DNA of 46,475 bases from a bacterium (GTDB lineage Bacteria > Bdellovibrionota_B > Oligoflexia > Oligoflexales > RGVZ01): positions 1-46,475 of the forward strand of contig JBAXLR010000003.1 in NCBI GenBank assembly GCA_037134655.1. The letters are read 5' to 3'. The notes under the pieces are model-generated. The model was not told the DNA's origin, did no database searches, and was given only the letters and a program-made list of their open reading frames with translations. The position numbers and the translations under genes were made by a program. This document shows, piece after piece, positions 34,806-42,829 of the stretch (within the stretch, counting starts at the first letter, position 1; every line of letters begins with the position of its first letter).

Positions 34806-35705
34806 TCAAATCGGAAATATATCAGACAATTCTTTAATTATATTGTCCCTAAAAATCTCTCTTCGATGCCACCGAATGTATTCTAGTGACGGCTCACTTC
34901 CCGATTGATTGGGCAAGATGACGGCCTTGCCATGGTGTCGGTAAAAGACTTCTTCCATGGGGCCTGGACCATTGAGAGATTTTGAGACGAGGATAGAGCG
35001 TTCATCTGAGAGAGCAATGGCTCCTGAGTCGAAGGCTTTGTGGTGAATGGAGCACAGAGCTAGGCCATTGGTGTCGTGATCAGGTCCGTTGTAGGAGTGC
35101 CACTTGATGTGGGCAGCCTCAATGCCCATGGGCGCGTGTCCCAGGCGAGCGCCGTATTGGCAGACGGCACAACTATAGCGGTAGAGTTCAAGGATTCTTT
35201 TGGCGAACTTGGGATCTCGTTTTCGTTTGACGGCTGATTTGTACCATTCTGCTGACAGACCAAGACACTCGCGAATGTCTTCGTGGAGACTGGGCGGAAA
35301 GTAGTCGTCAAGAATCTGCTGGGACAACTCACTTAGAAGCTTTGGGTCAGATTTAAGGGCATCAAAGATTTCACTGGTAAAGCCTGCTTTGATATTGAGA
35401 TCAATAAGGTCTTTCGGCGACACGTCGCCTGACTTATTGGGATGAAGATCATCGGCTCTCGGAATGTCCCAGAGCTTTCCGCCCATGTCGCCTCGTAGCC
35501 GCCAGAAGGGATACTGGGGGTTTGGAGCAGAGTTTGAAAACCTCGTCAGAAGCTCTTTGAGATCTGACTCAAGTTCTTGGTAGGTAAGAAGCCTCGGCTC
35601 CCCCATCTGTAGTCTTGATAGCGCCAGAAGAATCAGTAGGGGTTTGTGAGGCGCGACCTGATCGCCACGTTTGAAGGTGTTAAGTTTTAGGTCGGAGAGG
35701 TTCAC
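34806..35705 (-). CDS. HNH nuclease with N-terminal DNA-modification-reader-like domain (type IV restriction-like; resembles SBD-HNH phosphorothioate-dependent enzymes)
   Basis: HNH core CAVCQYGARLG...IEAAHIKWHSYNGPDHDTNGLALCSIHHKAFDSGAI. The N-terminal KRGDQVAPHKPLLILLALSRLQMGEPRLLTYQELE...YPFWRLRGD matches my recollection of the sulfur-binding-domain family annotated as phosphorothioated-DNA-binding restriction endonuclease. Confidence 0.7.
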   Translation of the reverse strand: MNLSDLKLNTFKRGDQVAPHKPLLILLALSRLQMGEPRLLTYQELESDLKELLTRFSNSAPNPQYPFWRLRGDMGGKLWDIPRADDLHPNKSGDVSPKDLIDLNIKAGFTSEIFDALKSDPKLLSELSQQILDDYFPPSLHEDIRECLGLSAEWYKSAVKRKRDPKFAKRILELYRYSCAVCQYGARLGHAPMGIEAAHIKWHSYNGPDHDTNGLALCSIHHKAFDSGAIALSDERSILVSKSLNGPGPMEEVFYRHHGKAVILPNQSGSEPSLEYIRWHRREIFRDNIIKELSDIFPI

Positions 35706-35841
35706 TGACTTCCTACAAATTAATAGTTTAAGAAGACTTCATTATACCGGATTTGGTGGAAATGTCGGTCCGATTGTTCGGACGCTTGGGGAGTTTTTTT
35801 TGGTGAATCGGTAGTCACGTCATATCCGCCTCGTAACCCCT

Positions 35842-35857
35842 ACTCCGGCGTTGGAGT
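35842..35857 (-). repeat. palindromic repeat family member (core only)
   Basis: ACTCCGGCGTTGGAGT followed by TTGGGTGG. Lies upstream of the orphan antitoxin and toxin remnant. Confidence 0.5.
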
Positions 35858-35977
35858 TTGGGTGGCCTTCGGATTATGACCCTGGCGGTCAGAGAGGCAT
35901 TTTTGTAAGTCTAGGTAGACTGCTACTGCGGGGCTAGGGATGGCCTCCTTGCGTGGCAGAGTTTTGGATTGACTTAG

Positions 35978-36040
35978 TACTCCTTTAGGTTTACTAATGA
36001 GTTTCTTCAGGGCAGTGAGGTCACAAAACATGCGTACTAA
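35978..36040 (+). pseudogene. possible RelE-like toxin 3-prime remnant
   Basis: The open frame ends ...NEFLQGSEVTKHAY-stop, resembling the C-terminus ...EILEVNKHEY of the 25546..25803 toxin. It overlaps the start of the paralogous antitoxin by 11 nt, the same geometry as the intact pair. A TAG lies 20 codons upstream of the end. Confidence 0.35.
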
Positions 36041-36344
36041 AAACAAAAGTGCTGCGATGCAGTTTCTAGAGAAACTTGCAGGTGGACCTTTAACCATTGG
36101 AGAGCTCCTCAGGGCTTTGCGCAAAGCAGAGGGCAGGACCCAGGAAGACTTTGCTCAGAGTCTTGAGATTTCAAAGCAGCACTTATGTGATATCGAGAAG
36201 GGCCGCAAGGCGGTCACGCCAGGCAGAGCTGCCGTTTTTGCAGTAAGGCTTTCGCAGCCACCGGCTTTTTTCATTCAGCTTGCCTTGCAGGAAGAACTCA
36301 AACAGGCAGGCCTCAAAATAAAGATCAAAGTCCAGGCGGCTTAG
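36030..36344 (+). CDS. XRE-family antitoxin paralog (orphan)
   Basis: ATG 36030. RTQEDFAQSLEISKQHLCDIEKGRKAVTPGRAAVFAVRL parallels 25293..25556 (LSQVEFAKFLGISKQRLCDIEHDRFAVS) and both end with LALQ(D/E). Confidence 0.7.
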   Translation: MRTKNKSAAMQFLEKLAGGPLTIGELLRALRKAEGRTQEDFAQSLEISKQHLCDIEKGRKAVTPGRAAVFAVRLSQPPAFFIQLALQEELKQAGLKIKIKVQAA

Positions 36345-36417
36345 CACGAATCTCTAATCTCTCGCGGACATACCCGGGATCTGGCAATAGACGAGAAGAG
36401 GTTTGGTTAAATGACTG

Positions 36418-36445
36418 TTGACATGTTACCGTGTGGTGGTAACAT
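36418..36445 (+). promoter_or_regulatory. candidate higBA-2 promoter/operator
   Basis: TTGACA (36418-23) overlaps the inverted repeat ATGTTACC-N7-GGTAACAT (36423-36445), just upstream of higB. Confidence 0.45.
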
Positions 36446-36478
36446 GGGAACAGCTGGCGGATGGGAGTGGCGGGACTC

Positions 36479-36772
36479 GTGATTATCAGTTTTGGCAATA
36501 AGCTAGCTAAAGATCTTGTTGAAGATGAAAGGTCAAAAGAGGTCAGAAGCTTTCCACCAGAGCTTTACCGGACGACGAGAAAAAAGCTGGCCATGCTGCA
36601 TGCAGCTCACACTCTAGAGGATTTAAAGATACCGCCCGGCAACAGACTTGAGAGGCTTAAGGGGCGTTACAAGGATTATCACTCGATTAGGATCAACGAT
36701 CAGTGGCGGATCATGTTTAAATTTGAGGACAACAACGCCCACGACGTACGTGTAGAGGACTATCACTCATGA
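36479..36772 (+). CDS. higB: HigB-family toxin
   Basis: (V)IISFGNKLAKDLVEDE...LKIPPGNRLERLKGRYKDYHSIRINDQWRIMFKFEDNNAHDVRVEDYH. GTG 36479 is the likely start; the track ATG is at 36461. Confidence 0.85.
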   Translation: MIISFGNKLAKDLVEDERSKEVRSFPPELYRTTRKKLAMLHAAHTLEDLKIPPGNRLERLKGRYKDYHSIRINDQWRIMFKFEDNNAHDVRVEDYHS

Positions 36773-37041
36773 AGTTTAAGCGCTTTTCATCACCGTTTCA
36801 TCCAGGCGAGATCTTACTAGAAGAGTTCATTGCGCCTCTCGGGTACTCGCAGCGAGGCTTTGCGCAAAAAATCGGTTGGACGCCTCGTAAACTTAACGAA
36901 ATCATCAAAGGCAAACGATCTGTCACGGCCGCATCGGCCATTGAACTTTCAGAGACCTTAAAGACCACACCAGAGTTTTGGCTAAACCTCCAGCAGGCCT
37001 TTGATCTAGCGGCAGCCTTTAAGGCTCGCAGGGCGAGTTAG
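36769..37041 (+). CDS. higA: HigA-family antitoxin
   Basis: HPGEILLEEFIAPLGYSQRGFAQKIGWTPRKLNEIIKGKRSVTAASAIELSETLKTTPEFWLNLQQAFDL. ATGA overlap with higB. Confidence 0.85.
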   Translation: MKFKRFSSPFHPGEILLEEFIAPLGYSQRGFAQKIGWTPRKLNEIIKGKRSVTAASAIELSETLKTTPEFWLNLQQAFDLAAAFKARRAS

Positions 37042-37216
37042 CGTCCTTCACTCGGCTTATGCTCGAGGGGACGAACAACTCGGCAGACCAGTTGTATCTA
37101 TAATTTTCCATTATTTACAGATAGTTATGCTATTAGGAGCGGCTCCTGCGTCCTAGTCTGTCACAGCAGTATCCGATAAGGGCTTCACAGCAAAGAAAGC
37201 TCTGGAGGCCTGCCCG

Positions 37217-38065
37217 ATGGACATGAAGACTTTTCTGACGACGAAAGTTCAACCCAAGATTGAAGAGATCTTAGAGCAATCTGTCGAGCTTGAGTTTGGT
37301 GAAGAGTTTGAGGCCACAGGTGGCGTCAAGAAAAAATCTGACCAAGACCACCAACTCTATGATTACCCCGATGACCCCCACTACCTCACCATCAGTCAGT
37401 CCCTCATTATCGGGATGACTCAGATGTCTGCTGGCATGCCAGTGACCACAAGACCAAAGAGACTCGTCTTGTCAGGGCTATCACGGGATATTGCTGGAGC
37501 TGTGATCCGCGCTATTCGTGAGCTTTTAACTGACGTGGATTTTGCTCCGCTCACTGATAAGCCTCTTTGCTTTGGCATCAAGGGCATGACGGGTGTCATT
37601 AGAAGTGTGGACATTTCAAATAACCTTGAACTTAAAAACATGCGCCACAAAGTAGCCCTTGAGCGTGTCAAGGAAGCCGTCAACGAGACCAAGGATGATG
37701 CCAGTGATCAGCTCAAATACCTCAGTTACCGAACATCTAAGATGAATCGCCATGCTCTAGAAAAACGTATCAGAGATCACCTTGATCTTTTGCTGTCTGC
37801 ATCAATCTATCATCTCATGATGAGAGAAGAGCCAGAGATTGGGGTGTGGATTTTGAAGTTTACGCCGGAATACATGTTAAAACCCGTGATGATCAAGCTG
37901 CCTGAATCCTACCGAGACGACATGACAGAAATAACAAAAAACGCGGCCAAGTTTAAGATAACACTGCAGTGTCTGAGATCACTTGCTATTTATACCGATG
38001 TACTTGTGGCCTTTGGCGAGGACGGACCTCCGACGCATGTGCCGTTTTTTGTGGAGTGGGAGTGA
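37217..38065 (+). CDS. hypothetical protein (282 aa)
   Basis: Clean ATG ORF with no signal peptide and no motif recognised. Confidence 0.6.
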   Translation: MDMKTFLTTKVQPKIEEILEQSVELEFGEEFEATGGVKKKSDQDHQLYDYPDDPHYLTISQSLIIGMTQMSAGMPVTTRPKRLVLSGLSRDIAGAVIRAIRELLTDVDFAPLTDKPLCFGIKGMTGVIRSVDISNNLELKNMRHKVALERVKEAVNETKDDASDQLKYLSYRTSKMNRHALEKRIRDHLDLLLSASIYHLMMREEPEIGVWILKFTPEYMLKPVMIKLPESYRDDMTEITKNAAKFKITLQCLRSLAIYTDVLVAFGEDGPPTHVPFFVEWE

Positions 38066-38077
38066 CTCCGTGACTGG

Positions 38078-38106
38078 CGTGAAACTCGAACGACTGACGT
38101 CCGAGT
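38078..38106 (-). repeat. palindromic repeat family member (degenerate)
   Basis: CGTGAAAC...ACTGACGTCCGAGT, just after the stop of 37217..38065. Confidence 0.45.
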
Positions 38107-38337
38107 GGATCTAAATTGGCGTCCATTTCTCCAGACTTATTCGTCAATCTTCACGGACGTAATTCATCCGCAGGTAATTATTGACTGCTAAGCTCCACTT
38201 AATGTCGCCTCTTCGTCCGTCACAAACGACTTCGTAAATGACCAATTCAGGAAATATCCTCACCAGCCGACTGACACTTCAAAGCTTTGAGTAGCTTGAT
38301 CATGTGGTCTTAAGTTTGGCCTAAAGGAGATGTGACT

Positions 38338-38742
38338 ATGCGAATGATTTTTACTGTTTTCGCCCTACTGGCAATGCTTTCTGGTTGCGCTACACTGATT
38401 AACCAAGAGCGCCAGCTGGTGTTCTTCAAAGGCGGACAAGATAATGCCGTCACTAAGGTACAAACGCCTGATGGGACGTTTGATGTAGAAAACGGTACCG
38501 GATCATTCATGATGACCAGAAGTCGCAGCAATATTCCCATCAAGATCATGTGCGCAAATGGTGAATCAAAATCTGACATTCTTGAGACGAGGTTTGATTG
38601 GCTACCAGGATTTTTTGGAAATATACTGTTCACTGGATGGGGACTTTTTGTCGACCCCTTCATGCCTGATGCTTACGTGATCCCCGATGTATCTCTGATG
38701 GGTAAGTGTAAAGACACGAGTGCTGGTGCCGTGGCTCACTGA
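38338..38742 (+). CDS. lipoprotein (134 aa)
   Basis: ATG 38338 lies 8 nt after AAGGAG. MRMIFTVFALLAMLSGC carries a lipobox. The stop codon overlaps the first bases of the 43-bp repeat. Confidence 0.7.
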   Translation: MRMIFTVFALLAMLSGCATLINQERQLVFFKGGQDNAVTKVQTPDGTFDVENGTGSFMMTRSRSNIPIKIMCANGESKSDILETRFDWLPGFFGNILFTGWGLFVDPFMPDAYVIPDVSLMGKCKDTSAGAVAH

Positions 38743-38783
38743 TAAACCGGGACACCCGACTGATTGAGTATTGATTGGGCAGG
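38741..38783 (+). repeat. 43-bp direct repeat GATAAACCGGGACACCCGACTGATTGAGTATTGATTGGGCAGG (contains the 29-bp core), copy 2
   Basis: Identical 43-mer at 40703-40745. The core is shared with 9786-9814. Confidence 0.9.
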
Positions 38784-38873
38784 ACAAGTTCGACCACTGC
38801 TTAAGGCATAGTAGGCATACTGCTGCGCCTTTTTTATATTCAATTAGGTGGGTGTCCCCATTTTTACATGCAA

Positions 38874-39659
38874 TAAGGTATCTTCAGCATAGTGAAGGCC
38901 AGGCGGGGCGTAGGATTCAAGCCATGCGCCTTCTGAAAGAAATCCCTGAGATTGAAGCCAAGATTGAATCGGGTGCTTTGACTTTAAGTAACATCTGCCA
39001 GGCTCATAGCTTTTTTAGGGACGTAGGTCACACCACCGAAGACGGTCGTCCAAAGATCTTGGCAAAAGATGACAAGGTCAAAATCCTTGGACTTCTTGAG
39101 AATAAGACTGCACGGGATGCCACCAAAGAACTCCTCGCCATTGGCGGCGATGCCGTCATACCAAAAGAGCGCGAGCGCGTTATTGATGACGAACATTCCG
39201 AAGTGCGCTTTGTGATGGATCAAGGTCTGAGAGAGAAACTTGAAGAAGTCAGGTCTCTCCTCGGTCCTGAGGGAGCCGTCATGGGCCTCGCAGATCTTGT
39301 GGCAAGACTAGCGGATGTCGGTGTCGCTGCTTTACGCGCAAAGAAATTTGGCAAACAACGCAGTGAGCAGGTAGAGAATGGCACTGATAGTCATGTCCGC
39401 CGTGTAACCCGAACTGCCGACGTCGGAGTTACGCCAACAATCAAATCCTCGCTATATCTCACGAGAACTTAAGCATCTGGTATGGCAGCGCGATAAAGGC
39501 GCTTGCACGTCGTGCGGAACACGAAGGGGACTGAACTTTGATCATATTACTCCCGTGGCCCACAGCGGAGAGTCTAAAGCTGAGAATTTAAGACTTTTAT
39601 GTTTTCACTGTAATCAGCGGGCTGGGATTAGGCTTGGGGTGATTCCTTTACATCCATAG
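38874..39659 (+). pseudogene. 5-prime-truncated, frameshifted HNH endonuclease gene (copy 1)
   Basis: Homologous at a constant offset of 2826 nt to 41700..42485, but lacks the first ~60 codons. Has the same frame break before the HNH motif as copy 2. Confidence 0.7.
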
Positions 39660-39712
39660 CATTCTATTTGTGCACATTTTATATGTACATTAATACTGGT
39701 AGGTGGTAATCT

Positions 39713-40003
39713 ATGAGTGTGGGTTTTAGCTGGGATCGACAAAAAGACCTCAGTAACCGGGTCAAGCACGGCATCTCCTTTGACGAAGCCTCTTCGGTTT
39801 TTTTGGATGAGCAAGCCAGACTTATTGCTGATCCAGATCACTCGGCCAACGAAGATAGGTTTGTGCTACTAGGTCTAAGCTACGCCATGCGACTATTGAT
39901 TGTGGTTCATGTCTATCAGGATAATGATGAGATAATTCGAATTATCTCTGCTAGAAAGGCGACCAAGTCAGAGAGCCAGAATTATGAGACGGGAGACACA
40001 TGA
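39713..40003 (+). CDS. brnT: BrnT toxin (DUF497)
   Basis: FSWDRQKDLSNRVKHGISFDEASSVFLDE...EDRFVLLG...LLIVVHV...IIRIISARKATKSESQNYE. Identical to 42539..42829. Confidence 0.85.
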   Translation: MSVGFSWDRQKDLSNRVKHGISFDEASSVFLDEQARLIADPDHSANEDRFVLLGLSYAMRLLIVVHVYQDNDEIIRIISARKATKSESQNYETGDT

Positions 40004-40221
40004 GAAAAGAATATGACTTTTCAAAATCAAAGAAAAATCCCTACGCTAAAAAGCTAAAATCTCGGACGACCATTAGACTTGATATGGACGTGGTGAGTTA
40101 CTTTCAAAAGCTTGCCGATAAAACGGGCGTACCCTATCAAACACTGATCAATCTTTACCTGAAAGATTGCATGGAAACTAAAAGAGCGCCTAGTTTCAAG
40201 TGGAAGCGCACGGGTGATTAA
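40000..40221 (+). CDS. brnA: BrnA antitoxin
   Basis: MRKEYDFSKSKKNPYAKKLKSRTTIRLDMDVVSYFQKLADKTGVPYQTLINLYLKDC. ATGA overlap with brnT. Identical to 42826..43047. Confidence 0.85.
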   Translation: MRKEYDFSKSKKNPYAKKLKSRTTIRLDMDVVSYFQKLADKTGVPYQTLINLYLKDCMETKRAPSFKWKRTGD

Positions 40222-40702
40222 CCCGCCTTCTTTGGGTAACTAGACGTGATCTCTTGGGCAGCTTTGCATACGAGATCTTGAAGTTTAGCCGGCCCAAGAA
40301 CCTTGGCGTCACTGCTAAAGCCCAAGATCCAGCAGACAAGCTGCGGCGTGATGCCAACTTGTAGTTTAAGTTTCACGCTACCATCAGTGTTACTTGTCAG
40401 AACTTGGCTTGGATGCCAGGTGCGCTCTTTGATGTACTGAGATCTTGAAGCTATAAACAAGATTTCCACAGGTTCGGTTTCGCTTGCACGCCAGACGCCA
40501 AAACTGGACTTAAAGTGCTCGTCAGGAGATGAGATTTTTCCGGTGTAGGCTCTGTCAATCATTTCGACCTTTGACATGCGAGGAAGAGCAAAGGTTTTGA
40601 TGGTTTGATCGGCAAGATCTTCTGCCACGAGATAAAGACTGCGCTCTCGAAAGTAAAGATAATGGGGGCCGAGCTCTCGCTCCCTGTCAGTCTGGGAGTT
40701 TG
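40218..40702 (-). pseudogene. C-terminal fragment of WYL-domain regulator (truncated duplicate of 43044..44081)
   Basis: The track ORF 40218..40628 peptide is identical to the C-terminal 136 aa of the 355-aa track ORF (43044..44111). Nucleotide identity stops at 40702, where the 43-bp repeat begins. Confidence 0.8.
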
Positions 40703-40745
40703 GATAAACCGGGACACCCGACTGATTGAGTATTGATTGGGCAGG
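40703..40745 (+). repeat. 43-bp direct repeat, copy 3
   Basis: Identical to 38741-38783. Confidence 0.9.
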
Positions 40746-40943
40746 CCTTGAAACGGCATGCTCCGGCGGAAAGATTACTTACGTTAATTTATGATCCGCC
40801 TGATATGAGACAGCCAGACAAATATTGGTCCGCAGAGACATCTTGCCTCATCAGATTGACTCAGAAAATTACAGCCTTACAAACCTTGCGTTGATTAACC
40901 AAATACCTATCTATATATTATCTAGATAGCGGGCTGGGGTAGC

Positions 40944-41225
40944 ATGACGCTAGAGTTTCAGTGGGACACCATAAAGAATATCCTTAACCGCAAAAAGCAT
41001 GGGATATGGTTTGAAGAGGCGCAGACGGTATTTGACGATCCACTAGGGCGGCTTTTCATGGACGAGTCTAGTCACGAGGAGCGCTACGTTTTGATAGGCG
41101 CAAGTTTCTCGTCACAAGTCTTAGTGGTGATTCACTGCTATAAAAATGAAGACTCGGTAGTACGAATCGTCTCCGCACGCCGTGCAACCAAACAAGAAAG
41201 GTCTTTCTATGAAAAAACAATATAA
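40944..41225 (+). CDS. brnT: BrnT toxin (DUF497), distinct paralog
   Basis: FQWDTIKNILNRKKHGIWFEEAQTVFDDP...EERYVLIG...VLVVIH...VVRIVSARRATKQERSFYE. Confidence 0.85.
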   Translation: MTLEFQWDTIKNILNRKKHGIWFEEAQTVFDDPLGRLFMDESSHEERYVLIGASFSSQVLVVIHCYKNEDSVVRIVSARRATKQERSFYEKTI

Positions 41226-41427
41226 CTTCTCAAAAATGAAAGAAGTCAAAAACCCGTACCCAAAGCTTAAAAAGAAGCTGGTCGGCATCAACCTAAGCCC
41301 CGAAGTCATTGACTACTTTAAGGCCCTGGCCTTGGAATGCAAAATACCCTACCAAAAACTGATTGATCTATATCTACTGGACTGCGTTAAGACCAAGAAA
41401 AAAATCTCTTTGAAGTGGACTGCTTAA
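41209..41427 (+). CDS. brnA: BrnA antitoxin, distinct paralog
   Basis: ATG 41209 gives MKKQYNFSKMKEVKNPYPKLKKKLVGINLSPEVIDYFKALALECKIPYQKLIDLYLLDC. 17-nt overlap with brnT, as in the 21.5-kb pair. Confidence 0.8.
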   Translation: MKKQYNFSKMKEVKNPYPKLKKKLVGINLSPEVIDYFKALALECKIPYQKLIDLYLLDCVKTKKKISLKWTA

Positions 41428-41515
41428 TGATGTCGGTCAAAGACATTTCATGTCGGTGGCTTGTTTGAGATTGCTACAAAAAATATTTGATCGTACCTTC
41501 CACGAAAGATGACCT

Positions 41516-42485
41516 ATGTTAGTGGAGGGTTTTGTCATGAATCTCACGCATCTTCAAGATCAAGAGTTGTTGGACAACACCAAAGACCTAAACCAGACCG
41601 AACGAAGAACCCTCACCAAGATCTTGCATCACTTAAGGGAAATCGACCGAAGGCGCCTTTACAGTGATCTTGGGTGCGCTAGCCTTTTCGACTACGCGGT
41701 AAGACATCTTCAGTACAGTGAAGGTCAGGCGGGGCGTAGGATTCAGGCTATGCGGCTTCTTAGGGAAATCCCGGAGATTGAAGCGAAGATCGAGTCCGGC
41801 GCTCTGACGTTAAGTAACATCTGCCAGGCTCAGAGCTTTTTTAGGGACGTAGGTCACACCACCGAAGACGGTCGCCCAAAGATCTTGGCAAAAGATGACA
41901 AGATCAAAATTCTTGGACTTCTTGAGAATAAGACTGCACGGGACGCCACCAAAGAACTCCTCGCCATCGGTGGAGACGCGGTCATACCAAAAGAGCGTGA
42001 GCGCATACTTGATGACGAGCATTCAGAAGTGCGCTTTGTCATGGATCAAGGTCTGAGAGAGAAACTTGAAGAAGTCAGGTCTCTCCTTGGTCCTGAGGGA
42101 GCTGTCATGAGCCTAGCAGATCTTGTGGCAAGACTAGCGGATGTCGGTGTCGCTGCTTTACTCGCAAAGAAATTTGGCAAACAACGCAGTGAGCAGGTAG
42201 AGAATGGCACTGATAGTCATGTCCGCCGTGTAACCCGAACTGCCGACGTCGGAGTTACGCCAACAATCAAATCCTCGCTATATCTCACGAGAACTTAAGC
42301 ATCTGGTATGGCAGCGCGATAAAGGCGCTTGCACGTCGTGCGGAACACGAAGGGGACTGAACTTTGATCATATTACTCCCGTGGCCCACAGCGGAGAGTC
42401 TAAAGCTGAGAATTTAAGACTTTTATGTTTTCACTGTAATCAGCGGGCTGGGATTAGGCTTGGGGTGATTCCTTTACATCCATAG
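41516..42485 (+). pseudogene. HNH endonuclease gene with frame break (copy 2, full length)
   Basis: Frame A (41516/41537..42298) encodes the helical N-terminal region. The HNH motif PRYISRELKHLVWQRDKGACTSCGTRRGLNFDHITPVAHSGESKAENLRLLCFHCNQRAG lies in the +1 frame, open 42234..42485. The overlap window coincides with the palindromic element at 42221-42255. Confidence 0.7.
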
Positions 42486-42538
42486 CATTCTATTTGTGCA
42501 CATTTTATATGTACATTAATACTGGTAGGTGGTAATCT

Positions 42539-42829
42539 ATGAGTGTGGGTTTTAGCTGGGATCGACAAAAAGACCTCAGTAACCGGGTCAAGCACGGCAT
42601 CTCCTTTGACGAAGCCTCTTCGGTTTTTTTGGATGAGCAAGCCAGACTTATTGCTGATCCAGATCACTCGGCCAACGAAGATAGGTTTGTGCTACTAGGT
42701 CTAAGCTACGCCATGCGACTATTGATTGTGGTTCATGTCTATCAGGATAATGATGAGATAATTCGAATTATCTCTGCTAGAAAGGCGACCAAGTCAGAGA
42801 GCCAGAATTATGAGACGGGAGACACATGA
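42539..42829 (+). CDS. brnT: BrnT toxin (identical duplicate)
   Basis: Peptide identical to 39713..40003. Confidence 0.85.
   Translation: MSVGFSWDRQKDLSNRVKHGISFDEASSVFLDEQARLIADPDHSANEDRFVLLGLSYAMRLLIVVHVYQDNDEIIRIISARKATKSESQNYETGDT

Larger units (their letters stand above)
39337..40702. repeat. 1366-bp segment apparently identical to 42163..43528
   Basis: All track peptides in the two segments are identical, and my base-by-base reading found the last mismatch at 39336/42162 (G vs T). The left flank (38874-39336 vs 41700-42162) is homologous at the same offset but visibly diverged. Confidence 0.8.

Noticed and set aside
35706-35977. Upstream body of the RelE-like remnant (e.g. PWRSERHFCKSR vs GQRSVRLSKGYR)
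   Set aside because: The resemblance is only a few residues and is interrupted by stops in every frame. Only the last 20 codons are reported, at low confidence.
39614-39841. 75-aa minus-strand ORF, duplicated at 42440..42667
   Set aside because: It is antisense to the + strand frame that encodes a textbook HNH motif (CxxCG...NFDHI...N...CFHCN) and to the brnT start. No features of its own.
38785-40702. The 1.9-kb block between the 43-bp repeats as an IS or transposon
   Set aside because: It has no transposase, no terminal inverted repeats, and 43 bp is too long for a target-site duplication. The content is truncated copies of neighbouring genes, so recombination or duplication is the better explanation.
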